A stretch of 60,999 nucleotides of DNA, filler included. It is 5 parts of 5 records of this genome, joined end to end, with 100 filler letters (N's around TTAATTAATTAA, not from the genome) between each part and the next. Parts side by side here need not be neighbours in the genome. Positions count along the whole stretch, not along the records: positions 19,267 to 36,400 come from SRR31156797_5594; positions 36,501 to 45,242 come from SRR31156797_5601; 3 more parts are not named here. One strand, 5' to 3'. A program made the position numbers and the translations under genes. Of the stretch, positions 28,878-39,560 are shown one piece after another (position 1 is the stretch's first letter; each line of letters opens with the position of its first letter). The notes under the pieces were generated by a model. That model did no database searches and had not been told where the DNA came from. It saw only the letters and a program-made list of their open reading frames with translations.

Positions 28878-30284
28878 ATGTTTTACCAATTATTGATTCA
28901 GATCAAGAAAACTTTACGTTTGAGTAAACCTCAAACATTTATAATTTGTTCACAAAATATGAGGGTTTATTTAAGATTTTTTTCACTTTTTATTTTTTTG
29001 ATGATTTCATTGGGCGTGCAATTGACCTATAGTCAGGTGATTCGGCCGGATTCAGCTAAGTTAGCCAGCGTAATTGAAAAGTATAGGGCGTACGATAATT
29101 ATACCTTTTCACGTACAATTAAAACAGTCAATTTGACTAATCCGGATTGGGAATTAAGTTACCCTGTTTTAAAATTAAGATCTAATCAAAAGCTTAAATT
29201 GAGTTTCGATGATCTGGCAGAGGAAACTGAAATATATAGTTATGTCATTTACCATATGAATATGGATTGGACAGCTAAAGATGCCAATTTTGTAGAGTAT
29301 GCCAGGGGATTTGAAGTCAATGAGATTACTGATTATGAGTCATCTTACAGTGCTAATACTCCTTATCATCACTATGAATTGCAAATTCCTAATGATGATA
29401 TACAACTGGATATTTCCGGTAATTATATTATTGAGGTATTTAAAGATGATGCCAGTAAACCTATTTTACGTCGACGATTTGTTGTATATGAAAGTAAAGC
29501 AACTATTGAAGGGGAAGTTCAGAGAGCTATGACAAAAAATCAAGGGGCTACAAGTCATAAAATTCCATTTTCAGTTGACCTGAATGGCTTAATTGTGAAT
29601 GATCCCTACACGGAAATTGATGTAAAGGTTGTACCTAATAATAACTGGAAAAAAGCTCATAGCAATTATCAACCGTTATACATTAGGGGTGATCAACTAA
29701 TTTTTAAAGATAAACCGGAAAATGTTTTCGAAGCCGGAAATGAATACCGCACAATCAATATTAAAGATTTATCATACCAGGCTGAAATGGTTGCAAGTAT
29801 TCAGCGTATTAATTATGATTATCATGTAAAACTGAAAAATGACGCCAGTCGCAGATATATGCGTTATATAAAACATCAGGATTTGAATGGTAAATTTTTC
29901 ATTGAGAAAAGCAATAGTATGACACCTCATCTGGATGCTGATTATGTGTATGTTCATTTTACTTTGGATGTGGATGTACCGATATTATCCGGAAATATTT
30001 TTGTTTATGGCGGACTATCAAACTATACGTTTGGTGAACATAATGTGATGAGCTATAATGCGCCTCTTAAAAGATATGAGCTCAGAATGTTACTCAAGCA
30101 AGGATTTCACGATTATCAATATGTGGTGCTGGATTCATATTTGAATAATAAACCTAACTTTGCAACCATTGAAGGTAACCACTGGGAAACAGAGAATGAC
30201 TATTTGGTATATGTGTATATGCTTGATATGGCCAATGGATATCATCGAGTAGTAGGATTTAGAACTTTAAGAACTGAATTTTAA
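28878..30284 (+). CDS. DUF5103 / type IX secretion system plug protein family (start likely 28959)
   Basis: LSFDDL, SGNYII, FEAGNEYR, LLKQGFHDYQY and EGNHWETENDY motifs; signal peptide after MRVYL. Confidence 0.8.
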   Translation: MFYQLLIQIKKTLRLSKPQTFIICSQNMRVYLRFFSLFIFLMISLGVQLTYSQVIRPDSAKLASVIEKYRAYDNYTFSRTIKTVNLTNPDWELSYPVLKLRSNQKLKLSFDDLAEETEIYSYVIYHMNMDWTAKDANFVEYARGFEVNEITDYESSYSANTPYHHYELQIPNDDIQLDISGNYIIEVFKDDASKPILRRRFVVYESKATIEGEVQRAMTKNQGATSHKIPFSVDLNGLIVNDPYTEIDVKVVPNNNWKKAHSNYQPLYIRGDQLIFKDKPENVFEAGNEYRTINIKDLSYQAEMVASIQRINYDYHVKLKNDASRRYMRYIKHQDLNGKFFIEKSNSMTPHLDADYVYVHFTLDVDVPILSGNIFVYGGLSNYTFGEHNVMSYNAPLKRYELRMLLKQGFHDYQYVVLDSYLNNKPNFATIEGNHWETENDYLVYVYMLDMANGYHRVVGFRTLRTEF

Positions 30285-30288
30285 GGCA

Positions 30289-31203
30289 ATGAATTATCAG
30301 CAGATAATTGAAGAGATATATGAAGAAATAAAACCTCTTTTTGGTCAAGGAAAAGTAGCCGATTATATCCCGGCTTTGGCTAATGTTGATCCAAACGAAT
30401 TTGCCATTTCAGTGGTTGATTTAGAGGGAAATACTTATCATTTTGGTAATAAAAGTCAAAGATTTAGTATTCAGAGTATTTCTAAGGTTTTTACCTTTGC
30501 GGTAGCTTTTTCTTATTTGGGTGATACCATATGGAAAAGAGTGGGGAGAGAGCCCTCGGGTAACCCATTTAATTCATTAGTACAGCTTGAAAAAGAAGAT
30601 GGTATTCCACGTAATCCATTCATTAATGCAGGTGCTTTGGTGATTACCGATATGCTTTTTGATGCTCTAAAAGATCCGCGAGCAGATATACTTCAATTTA
30701 TCAATAAACTGGCTGGCTGTGAAAGTATCACGTTTGATAAAGAAATTGCAAATTCAGAACGTGAAAATGGCTTTCGTAACGCAGCACTGGTGAATTTCTT
30801 GCGTAGTCACAATAATATAAATTACGATATTGAAGAAGTATTAAACCTATACTTTTGCCATTGCAGTATCACTATGAATACTGAAGAGCTGGCAAAATCA
30901 TTTCTGTTTTTAGCCAATGGAGGAGTAAACCCTGCCAATGGAGAACGAATATTAACATTAAGCCAAACTAAACGTTTAAATGCTCTCATGATGACATGTG
31001 GAGCTTACGATGAAGCTGGCGATTTTGCTTTTAGAGTAGGATTACCCGGTAAAAGTGGTGTAGGAGGAGGAATAGCAGCAGTTATTCCGGGTGAACTAGC
31101 CATTGCAGTATGGAGTCCTGCTTTAAATGCAAAAGGCAATTCTTTGATAGGCGTACAAGCATTGGAATTGTTTACTACTAAGACAGGAAAGTCGGTGTTC
31201 TAA
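30289..31203 (+). CDS. glsA: Glutaminase A
   Basis: GKVADYIPAL, FSIQSISK, NPFINAGA and PGKSGVGGG motifs. Confidence 0.95.
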   Translation: MNYQQIIEEIYEEIKPLFGQGKVADYIPALANVDPNEFAISVVDLEGNTYHFGNKSQRFSIQSISKVFTFAVAFSYLGDTIWKRVGREPSGNPFNSLVQLEKEDGIPRNPFINAGALVITDMLFDALKDPRADILQFINKLAGCESITFDKEIANSERENGFRNAALVNFLRSHNNINYDIEEVLNLYFCHCSITMNTEELAKSFLFLANGGVNPANGERILTLSQTKRLNALMMTCGAYDEAGDFAFRVGLPGKSGVGGGIAAVIPGELAIAVWSPALNAKGNSLIGVQALELFTTKTGKSVF

Positions 31204-31416
31204 AGTTTAGAGTTTTGAGTCTGGAGAATTGAGTATAGGGGATAAATGAATAAAAGGCATACTCTTCAAATTAAACATTAATCATTAAGAATTAGAAATT
31301 ATTAAGTTTCATCAATATGTTATCTTTTTCCTAAAAAATCTACTTACACAAACAATTCTCATTTTTTTGGTTTTACTAAAATGTAAGGACAAAAACTAAC
31401 ATTAAACCAAGATTCA

Positions 31417-34400
31417 ATGAGAAAAACACTTCTACATTTAGTAATAGCATCTGCTTTACTGATTATGATGCTATTTTCGTTTAGTTTGAAAGCTCAACAA
31501 GATATTAATGGAGCTTTTCAAATTGAGATTATGCAAAATGGTAACTGGCAACAAGCTGGTGAATTGGAGTTTGGAATGTTTTATAGCAAACAAACGTTAC
31601 AATTGCCCCAACTTTTGACCGCTTCCCTTGATAATGGAGACGATTTTGCTGAAATTCAAACCAAAATCAGACTTTCATTTCCTGTTCATCGAGAAGCGCA
31701 TATCGATTATGTGATGATTGATGGAGTTGCGCCAATGGCTATTTCAGGAGCTCGTGAGGGAGACGAATTGGCTATGAAAAAAATTGTTGCAGAGGATTTT
31801 GATGTTATAGACGTAGAAAATCTTTCTATTGTCATGGATTTTAATGCATTGCCCGGTCAATTAGAGGTCAAAGCACGCATTGAGCCTGACGAAATTACTC
31901 CTTATCCATTTATGTATCCGCAAGTGAATACATATAAAGAGATTACCAACAAATCAAAGTTTTATACTTATAAGCTAAATAGTAAAGTTGGCTCATTAAA
32001 AATGGACGGAGAGTTAGATGAAATGGGTAATCCGTTTTTTAAAGTATTTAATCGCCCTGGAACAGGTCACCCTGATGCATATACATATGCTTGGGTGATG
32101 AATGATGATGAGCATTTGTATGTAACCATTGATTTTGTGCCGGATAACACCATTGATGGAGATAAAGATTACACCAAAGTATTTGTAAAAACGAAAAATG
32201 GGGTGAAAACTTACAAGCTGTCAGTTCCTGAGCAACAATGGGGTGTACCGGGATTTACTTACACTAAAAATGCTGTTTACCAGCACAAGGTTTATGAATT
32301 TAAAATACCATTGAGCGAATTTGATGCTAATGAAAATCTAGAAATAGCCTTTGCGGCATATGGAACTGCTGCACCACCGCCACCTTTAGAGTGGTATATG
32401 AATTTGGATGATTCATACGGTAATAGTGGTTTTACAACAATTCCAGATCCTGATGGAACCGGTTTTAAGGTTTATAATTCTTTGATTACTGATGATGGTT
32501 CTGTTTTATATTTTGGATTGGGCTTTGGAGCTAATGGTGGATTAATTGCAAAAGTTGACAGTAATGGCGAACTAGACACTGCTTTTGCTAATGATGGTAT
32601 CCATTATACCGGAGAAAGTGGTGATAGATTTGAAACAGGAATGGTACTGGATGATGGGACAATATTTGCAGCTGGTATTAATGCTGGTGGTGGAGTAGAT
32701 AATAATGGATTGGTTGTTAAATTAGATAGTAATGGAGACCCTCTGGTTGGCTTTGGTACAAGTGGTCGTTTGGTTATCAATTATGGAGGAGATGATATTT
32801 TTTATGCGATTGCCCCAACACAAGATGGATCAGGATTTTTGCTAGGAGGAAAAAGCGATTCAGACGTTTTGGTTTCGAAGCATTTATTGAATGGAAGTTT
32901 AGATACAGATTTTGGGACAAATGGTTTTTATACTGATCCAGCATATGGAAGTACGCGTCTGGTGACTGAAGATACTGCAGGAAATATATTATTCACATCT
33001 TATGTGAATGCTGAATTTTTTATATCGACTGTGAAACTAGACCCAACAGGCACCTCAACCACATACTTTAGCGCACTTCCAAATGCTGCCCATAAATATT
33101 TTGATATTGAATTTACATCTGATGCAAAGTATAGGGTGACATATTGCAGCTCTAGTTTGATTTACATAAAACAATATAATTATGATGGGTCAGATGATAC
33201 CAATTTCGGAACCAATGGACTATTAGAATTTGAAGAAGCTTATCCTGGAGAATCGTATGGAAGTTATCCGGCTGGATTAGTGGAGCTTCACAATGGAAAA
33301 TATGCAGCTCTTTACGAAACAGGTAAGTATAGTGGATCTTCATACTCAACTGTTATTATTCATGATGATGATGGATCAATCAATTATGATTTTATTCCTA
33401 ATGGAGAAGCTGAATTCCAAATTTTTAATAGTTCTGATGATAGATTAAGTGGTTTTGGTTTAACTTCTGATAATAAGTTGCTTGCAGCTGGGCATGAAGA
33501 TGATTATGGAGACTTATTTGCATTTAAAGCCGAGCTAACTCATTTAAGTGCAGATGGTAATCAAAACAATGTATTGCATTTTGATGGAATTAATGATTTC
33601 GTAGCAATACCACATGCCAATGAGCATTACGAACAAAATTTCACAATTGAAGGATGGGTCAAAATTGAATCCGGTACAGATAATTCAACTCAAATAGTTG
33701 GGAAATATCTTGGAAATGATTGTCAGTATTCAATTCAAATTGGAGATATTTCTGATAAAACGTTTAGAGTTTGGGGTTATGATGATTCAGAGCCAGGATA
33801 TGTAGTTAATATGTATACGGATGTAAATGCTTTTGAATATGATGAATGGACGCATATTGCTTTGACTCACGATTTTATCACACAACAATATGACCTATAT
33901 GTGAATGGAGAAATTGCTGCTTCGGCAATTGGTGATTTACCAATGTCATTTAATACACATGATGTAATGCTTGGAAATGGTCCAGGTTCTAGTAGTTATT
34001 TCCAGGGAGCCATGGACGAGTTCCGTATGTGGGATACTGTATTCGGGCAAACAGCCATCCAATACATGATGAATAATGAGGTTGTTGTTAATCATCCTAA
34101 TTTGTATGCTTACTATAATTTTAATCAAGGAATGGCTGGTGAAGATAATACCGGCATAGGAATGCTTTTAGATACTACTGCAAATCAAATAGATGGTGTA
34201 CTTAGTGGTTTTGCTTTAACGGGTTCATCTTCAAACTTTATATCAGGAAGTCCTGTATCAAGTGACCAGGTTGATTTACAGCCCAAAGGAATCCATTTTG
34301 ATGGTGTGGATGATTATATCGAAGTTCCTCACAATGATGCATTGAACTTAGATAACTATACCATAGAATTATGGATGTATGTGGAAAATGGAACAGATAA

Positions 34401-36225
34401 TTTATCAACATTAATCGGAAAAAATAACAATAACGAAAGTAGCTATTCCTTGCAAATCTCAAATGTCAGTGAGGGAACATTACGATTCTGGGTATTTGAC
34501 GGAACAGGTTACCTGGCTAATATGTATTCTTCAGCCGGAGCATTTGATGTAGATGAATGGACACATGTAGCAATAACATACGATAATACAACTCAACTTT
34601 ATAAAATGTATGTCAATGGAGATGTAGTTGCCAGTTATACAGGCATATCTGGAACTCATGCTTCTGATTTGCCTATTCAAATTGGTCGCGGTATTGGTTC
34701 TTCTGATTATTTATTTAAGGGTAAAATGGATGAAATTCGCATTTGGGATCGTCCACTTTCAGCATGTGAAATAAGCTCTGTAGCCTACAATGAGTTTAAT
34801 GGACCAGAGTTTGGCATAGTAGCCTATTATCCAATTCGTGATGGAATTGCCGGTGGAAATAACTCACAATTGTTTATGCTGAAAGATTATTCAACCAATG
34901 ATTATCATGGTGCGTTGTACAATTTTGCTTTAACAGGGGCTACATCCAATAGGGTTGAAGGAAATACTGCCATTGATTTCAATGAAACTGAATTTGCGAC
35001 ACCTCCATATGTGAATGCGGGAGATGATGATTCTAATAATTGTGGATTAACATATGCCTTAAATGGGAATGATCCCGGAGCAGCTACCGGAACATGGTCA
35101 ATAATATCTGGAGGAACAGGTAGTTTCAATGATGCAAATGATCCAAATGCAGTATTTACAGCCGATGCAAATGGCGAATATACATTAGAGTGGACAATTA
35201 GTGATGGAGTTTGTGAAGCAAGTGACCAGGTAGTTATAACCATTTCGAGTACTGATGTAACCGCACCTGTGCCAGATGTGGCAGATTTACCTGATTTGAA
35301 TGGAGAATGTAGTGTTGAGGTGACTGATACACCTACTGCAACTGATGATTGTGCTGGAGTTATTACTGCTACAACTTCAGATCCGTTAGTTTATGATTCA
35401 CAAGGAACATATACTATTACATGGACTTATGACGATGGAAATGGTAATACTGTTGCGCAAGATCAAACTGTTATTGTTGATGATATTACTGCACCGGTTC
35501 CTGATGAAGCAACGTTACCAGCATTAACAGGTGAATGTAGCGTAGAAGTGACCGATACTCCAACAGCTACAGATATTTGTTCCGGAACTGTTACAGCAAC
35601 TACCTCAGATCCTTTATCATATACAGAGCAAGGAACATACACCATAACCTGGACTTACGACGATGGAAATGGTAATACTGTTACGCAAAATCAAACTGTT
35701 ACAGTTGAGGATGTTACCGATCCAACCATTACCTGTGTTGCTGACCAAACTATTGATTTGGAAGAGGGAGAGACAAGCTATACTGTAATGGGAACTGAAT
35801 TTGATCCTACAGCTGATGATAATTGTGCAGTTTCATCTGTGACAAATGATTGGAATGATGGAGCTTCGTTAGATGGAGAAGTTTTGGGAGTAGGTACACA
35901 CACAATTATCTGGACAGTAGAGGATGCAGGAGGAAATTCAGTTGATTGTTCTATGACTATTACAGTGAATGAATATGTAGGATTAGATGAACTAGCTAAA
36001 TATGGTATATCTTTATATCCAAATCCATCCAATGGAAACTTTACCATTGAAAATGCAGATGGATACACGGTATCAATTTACAATGTAGCTGGTGAATTGA
36101 TCTCAAATTACGAAGTAATTGATAATAAGCTGTCTATAGTGATGGATGATGCACAGAAAGGAATGTATATTATACGCTTTGTAAGTGCTGACAAACAATT
36201 CTCGTCACGGTTTATTATTGAATAA
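31417..36225 (+). CDS. Large T9SS cargo protein: uncharacterised N-terminal domain, delta-60-like repeats, two LamG-like domains, PKD/HYR-like Ig repeats, CTD
   Basis: Signal peptide; G.LDT.FG repeats; two FDG.ND...WTH.A.T..DE.R.W LamG units; TATDDC/TITWT repeats; LYPNPSNG CTD. Confidence 0.85.
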   Translation: MRKTLLHLVIASALLIMMLFSFSLKAQQDINGAFQIEIMQNGNWQQAGELEFGMFYSKQTLQLPQLLTASLDNGDDFAEIQTKIRLSFPVHREAHIDYVMIDGVAPMAISGAREGDELAMKKIVAEDFDVIDVENLSIVMDFNALPGQLEVKARIEPDEITPYPFMYPQVNTYKEITNKSKFYTYKLNSKVGSLKMDGELDEMGNPFFKVFNRPGTGHPDAYTYAWVMNDDEHLYVTIDFVPDNTIDGDKDYTKVFVKTKNGVKTYKLSVPEQQWGVPGFTYTKNAVYQHKVYEFKIPLSEFDANENLEIAFAAYGTAAPPPPLEWYMNLDDSYGNSGFTTIPDPDGTGFKVYNSLITDDGSVLYFGLGFGANGGLIAKVDSNGELDTAFANDGIHYTGESGDRFETGMVLDDGTIFAAGINAGGGVDNNGLVVKLDSNGDPLVGFGTSGRLVINYGGDDIFYAIAPTQDGSGFLLGGKSDSDVLVSKHLLNGSLDTDFGTNGFYTDPAYGSTRLVTEDTAGNILFTSYVNAEFFISTVKLDPTGTSTTYFSALPNAAHKYFDIEFTSDAKYRVTYCSSSLIYIKQYNYDGSDDTNFGTNGLLEFEEAYPGESYGSYPAGLVELHNGKYAALYETGKYSGSSYSTVIIHDDDGSINYDFIPNGEAEFQIFNSSDDRLSGFGLTSDNKLLAAGHEDDYGDLFAFKAELTHLSADGNQNNVLHFDGINDFVAIPHANEHYEQNFTIEGWVKIESGTDNSTQIVGKYLGNDCQYSIQIGDISDKTFRVWGYDDSEPGYVVNMYTDVNAFEYDEWTHIALTHDFITQQYDLYVNGEIAASAIGDLPMSFNTHDVMLGNGPGSSSYFQGAMDEFRMWDTVFGQTAIQYMMNNEVVVNHPNLYAYYNFNQGMAGEDNTGIGMLLDTTANQIDGVLSGFALTGSSSNFISGSPVSSDQVDLQPKGIHFDGVDDYIEVPHNDALNLDNYTIELWMYVENGTDNLSTLIGKNNNNESSYSLQISNVSEGTLRFWVFDGTGYLANMYSSAGAFDVDEWTHVAITYDNTTQLYKMYVNGDVVASYTGISGTHASDLPIQIGRGIGSSDYLFKGKMDEIRIWDRPLSACEISSVAYNEFNGPEFGIVAYYPIRDGIAGGNNSQLFMLKDYSTNDYHGALYNFALTGATSNRVEGNTAIDFNETEFATPPYVNAGDDDSNNCGLTYALNGNDPGAATGTWSIISGGTGSFNDANDPNAVFTADANGEYTLEWTISDGVCEASDQVVITISSTDVTAPVPDVADLPDLNGECSVEVTDTPTATDDCAGVITATTSDPLVYDSQGTYTITWTYDDGNGNTVAQDQTVIVDDITAPVPDEATLPALTGECSVEVTDTPTATDICSGTVTATTSDPLSYTEQGTYTITWTYDDGNGNTVTQNQTVTVEDVTDPTITCVADQTIDLEEGETSYTVMGTEFDPTADDNCAVSSVTNDWNDGASLDGEVLGVGTHTIIWTVEDAGGNSVDCSMTITVNEYVGLDELAKYGISLYPNPSNGNFTIENADGYTVSIYNVAGELISNYEVIDNKLSIVMDDAQKGMYIIRFVSADKQFSSRFIIE

Positions 36226-36240
36226 ACAAGACCTTTAAAC

Positions 36241-36277
36241 AAAAGAAAGCCGAATGTTTCATTCGGCTTTTCTTTTT
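36241..36277 (+). terminator. Intrinsic terminator
   Basis: aaagccgaatg-ttt-cattcggcttt followed by a T-run. Confidence 0.8.
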
Positions 36278-36321
36278 GTTAAAAATTTTGTATCTTTAGT
36301 GTACTGCTAAAATGTTGTGCT

Positions 36322-36400
36322 ATGAGAAAAACTACTACTTTACTATTGATGTTGGCCATTGGTCTGCAATTAATGGCCCAAAAAGGCTTTGAGCCTGTGA
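36322..36400 (+). CDS. Start of a secreted protein, truncated by the contig end
   Basis: MRKTTTLLLMLAIGLQLMAQKGFEPV reads as a Bacteroidota signal peptide. Confidence 0.55.
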
Positions 36401-36500
36401 NNNNNNNNNNNNNNNNNNNNNNNNNNNNNNNNNNNNNNNNNNNNTTAATTAATTAANNNNNNNNNNNNNNNNNNNNNNNNNNNNNNNNNNNNNNNNNNNN
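36401..36500. other. Artificial contig spacer
   Basis: N-run/TTAATTAATTAA/N-run. Confidence 0.98.
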
Positions 36501-36662
36501 ACGAATGCGCTTAACCTGACGGCTATGGGGCAATGCCCTCAAGATATAAATGTTCAGGTTTTAATTTTGCTTGAGATGTTTCATAGAAAGAACATCAAAT
36601 GAATCAAATCAAGCGCTGGTATATTTTAATAGATTTGAGTGGGTTCCTGGTAAAAATTGGTT

Positions 36663-37439
36663 CTATTCGGCTACCTTTTTCCAAACTTCATCTACACGAA
36701 ATGTTTCGTAATGATTATTCATTAAGGGGCGCAAATAAATGCCTTTGATGATAAGTTTATCTTTACTAACAGTAAAATTATAATAATTACAGGTTTCACG
36801 AAGTTCACCTTTTTCTTTATAATGGATAGTAATGAGTTTATCATCATCGGTAAAATAGTACTTTCCTGAATTAAATGGTGTACCATTGGCATTTTTGGTA
36901 AAAAACTTACCGTTTGGTTTAAAAGTCATAATTCGTTTATTTGAATTGTCGACCTTAAAATCGCTACTCTGTACTAATTGCCATACCCCTTTTATCATTT
37001 TCTTTTCTTTTTCTGGTTTAGCATCCTTCCAGAATAACAATGACTGTTCGGGCTTGGCTTTTTGATCCTCCACCTTATAAGTGGTAGCTACATTGGTTAC
37101 AAAAACTACTGCTACAACAGCAGTTAATACTAATGCCGTTTTCTTCATCATACTTTTGTTTTGATTTAACACTTTAGCTGTTTTATCAAAAACGCCTGTC
37201 GCCTTATGCAACGAATGCTTATGTTTGTCAGACTTTGTGTCCTCTTTTAAATCATCCATTTCATATCCCATTGCATCCAAAAGTTTACGAACGGTATACA
37301 TGCGGGGTTGCACCTGATTAGATTCAATTCGTTGAAGTGTACGGATATTAATATTGCACATTTCAACTACTTCGTTTTGCGTATAACCTTTTTCTTTTCT
37401 TAATTCTGCAATTCGGGTTCCAATTGTTTTTTGACTCAT
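36663..37439 (-). CDS. XRE-family HTH regulator with a TM helix and a C-terminal lipocalin-like domain
   Basis: IAELRKEKGYTQ...INIRTLQRIES HTH; ALVLTAVVAVVFV TM; IKGVWQLV motif. Confidence 0.8.
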   Translation of the reverse strand: MSQKTIGTRIAELRKEKGYTQNEVVEMCNINIRTLQRIESNQVQPRMYTVRKLLDAMGYEMDDLKEDTKSDKHKHSLHKATGVFDKTAKVLNQNKSMMKKTALVLTAVVAVVFVTNVATTYKVEDQKAKPEQSLLFWKDAKPEKEKKMIKGVWQLVQSSDFKVDNSNKRIMTFKPNGKFFTKNANGTPFNSGKYYFTDDDKLITIHYKEKGELRETCNYYNFTVSKDKLIIKGIYLRPLMNNHYETFRVDEVWKKVAE

Positions 37440-37495
37440 AGCATTTATTTGTTTTCAAAAGTATTTGACAGAATAGAATTGTGCCAATTTTCGCC

Positions 37496-37523
37496 ATGAC
37501 ATATAAACGGCATTTACACGGCA
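37496..37523. promoter_or_regulatory. Three 11-bp-spaced AYGRCA direct repeats upstream of the XRE gene (putative operator)
   Basis: ATGACA at 37496, ACGGCA at 37507 and ACGGCA at 37518. Confidence 0.55.
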
Positions 37524-37598
37524 CATGGCGCTAAGTAATTATATATGTGACTAAAATAACATTTTATGAATAATCGTTTAAAACCTAGTATTTCGATA

Positions 37599-38114
37599 TT
37601 ATATCGAGTCTACCCTTGTTTTAATTCTCTTGTTAAGAAAAATTTTTAACTCATTAACAAGCCCTTTCTTTTCCAGATACAATAAAGAAACTCTTTTAAA
37701 TCTTTTATTTAAATAAAGATATAAAATCATTGTTTTTTCTATTGAAGACTTTATAATCATAATGCCCATTGCAGCTACAATTAATAATGAAATAAACAAT
37801 AACCATGGTGCTCTAATATCTCCAGAGAAGCGTATCGCATTATAACTAAAATCAGAAATAAAGTTTGATAACCAATAGACAGCAACAATAAGAACAATCA
37901 CCCCTGATAATAAAGAAATATACCAATATTGAAGTCTGAACTCTCTCTTTATTTCAACTTTATGGATTTGATAGAAATCAATATGTTCTTTTTTTATTTT
38001 ATTCCTCAAAATAAAAATCCCGTGCTCATCTATTTCCAGGTTGTCACTCTTAATCATAAAGTTTAGTTTTTTTGATTGCAAAAAACGAATATAAACAAAA
38101 AATATCCCTATCAA
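37599..38114 (-). CDS. Hypothetical 2-TM membrane protein (start likely 38057)
   Basis: Two hydrophobic segments; very AT-rich. Confidence 0.55.
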   Translation of the reverse strand: MIGIFFVYIRFLQSKKLNFMIKSDNLEIDEHGIFILRNKIKKEHIDFYQIHKVEIKREFRLQYWYISLLSGVIVLIVAVYWLSNFISDFSYNAIRFSGDIRAPWLLFISLLIVAAMGIMIIKSSIEKTMILYLYLNKRFKRVSLLYLEKKGLVNELKIFLNKRIKTRVDSI

Positions 38115-38252
38115 TACTCCTCCTCATCACGAACTAAAAATCTATTCAGATTTTATTTTGTCTAAATAAGTATCTTAACACCATCAACCAGAAATGCCCA
38201 ACACATATGTGCCGGGCATCTCTCCATTTGTAACTAATATATAAAGCGGAAA

Positions 38253-39521
38253 CTATTCTGAATATGATAATTTTCCTAAAGCACTTACACCTTCTGCAAT
38301 TACTTCGGATTGCTGCGTTGCACTTGCTGCAGCAGGATCTATAGAATATAAATAGTTATCGTTACTTGAAGTAACAACAGGAACGATTAATAAGTCATGA
38401 TCTGTGTCGATATAAGGCTCTCCAACCAAGAAAGGATCATCTTCGCCTCCGGTTGCTGTTGGAAATCCTGTTACCCAGGTAAATGATTTCGTATCCACAT
38501 CAACCACCGCAAAACGGTCGGCATTTACACCAAATGTGGCATTACTTCCTTTACCAGGGTACATTTTCAATACAAAGGTACTTCCTCCCATATAGTATGT
38601 TCTAAATAAGTTGTGTCCACCTGATGCTTCTGTAATATTGAAGAAGTAGTCCTGATCAAAAGCGAACTCCCCTGCATTTATTTTTAGAATACCTGAAGGT
38701 ATTATCTCCGTTTCGGCCACAGCATAATTGGTTTGACCTGATGAGAATACATATAAATCGCCATTGTCCACAACCTCAAGGCCTGTTAAACCTTGCGAAT
38801 ATTTTTGTCCTGCTACAAAACCGGTTCTACCTTCGTCTTTAATAACTTGTTTTACGGTATAGTCAGAATTAAATACAACAACATAGGTATTGTTTAAATA
38901 ATCAGAAGTAAATCCTGAAGAGCTAATACTACGCGCACCTGCAATCATATACCCTTCGTATTCGGCAATATCAGTCAAATATCCAGCTTCACCATCTTCT
39001 AATAAATCGTTAGTTACAACGGTATAAGAAGTGGAAATATCCGTTTCCGGGTCAATCTCATAGAAATAAGCATTATTAGGTGCTGTTTCATCTCGCAGTC
39101 TATCACTATACGCAACCACCAGTTTATCACCTACCACACCTTTGGTATGAATAGATACTTCCAAACCAATTTCGTTTCGTTGCTCTATTTTACCTTCGGC
39201 ATTTAAAACATACGAACCGGTCGTTCCTGCCTCTGTCTGGTTATATAAAAAACCGTAGGCTACTTTATCATCAACAAAAGTCCAGAAGCTATTACCTACT
39301 GATTGCAAAACACTTGCAGAAGTTGCATCATAAGACTGATCCGAAGCAATCAGATCTCCAGATACCAGATAATCATTTTCACCTGAAGATGCTACTACAA
39401 CATATTTGCTGGTTTTATTATCTCCTTTACCATTTTCATCATCTTTTTCACATGATGTGAAAGGCACTATAGCAGCCATAGCCGCAAGGAGGAAACTGTA
39501 AAATTGTTTATTAGTTTTCAT
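38253..39521 (-). CDS. DUF4374 surface lipoprotein (XusB-like)
   Basis: Lipobox FTSC; GDLYVFS, SGILKI...FDQDYFFNI and FTWVTG motifs; adjacent to the TonB-dependent receptor. Confidence 0.82.
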   Translation of the reverse strand: MKTNKQFYSFLLAAMAAIVPFTSCEKDDENGKGDNKTSKYVVVASSGENDYLVSGDLIASDQSYDATSASVLQSVGNSFWTFVDDKVAYGFLYNQTEAGTTGSYVLNAEGKIEQRNEIGLEVSIHTKGVVGDKLVVAYSDRLRDETAPNNAYFYEIDPETDISTSYTVVTNDLLEDGEAGYLTDIAEYEGYMIAGARSISSSGFTSDYLNNTYVVVFNSDYTVKQVIKDEGRTGFVAGQKYSQGLTGLEVVDNGDLYVFSSGQTNYAVAETEIIPSGILKINAGEFAFDQDYFFNITEASGGHNLFRTYYMGGSTFVLKMYPGKGSNATFGVNADRFAVVDVDTKSFTWVTGFPTATGGEDDPFLVGEPYIDTDHDLLIVPVVTSSNDNYLYSIDPAAASATQQSEVIAEGVSALGKLSYSE

Positions 39522-39560
39522 GATATGATATATTTATTATAATTATTATAAAATTTGATG

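Noticed and set aside
22926-31203. nqrA-F next to the T9SS plug gene and glutaminase as a novel system
   Set aside because: Ordinary housekeeping genes. The plug gene is divergent and nothing in the sequence indicates functional coupling.
35250-35730. Tandem ~230-bp repeats as a possible CRISPR or diversity-generating element
   Set aside because: In-frame Ig/HYR-like domain duplications inside a CDS; no spacers, cas genes or reverse transcriptase.
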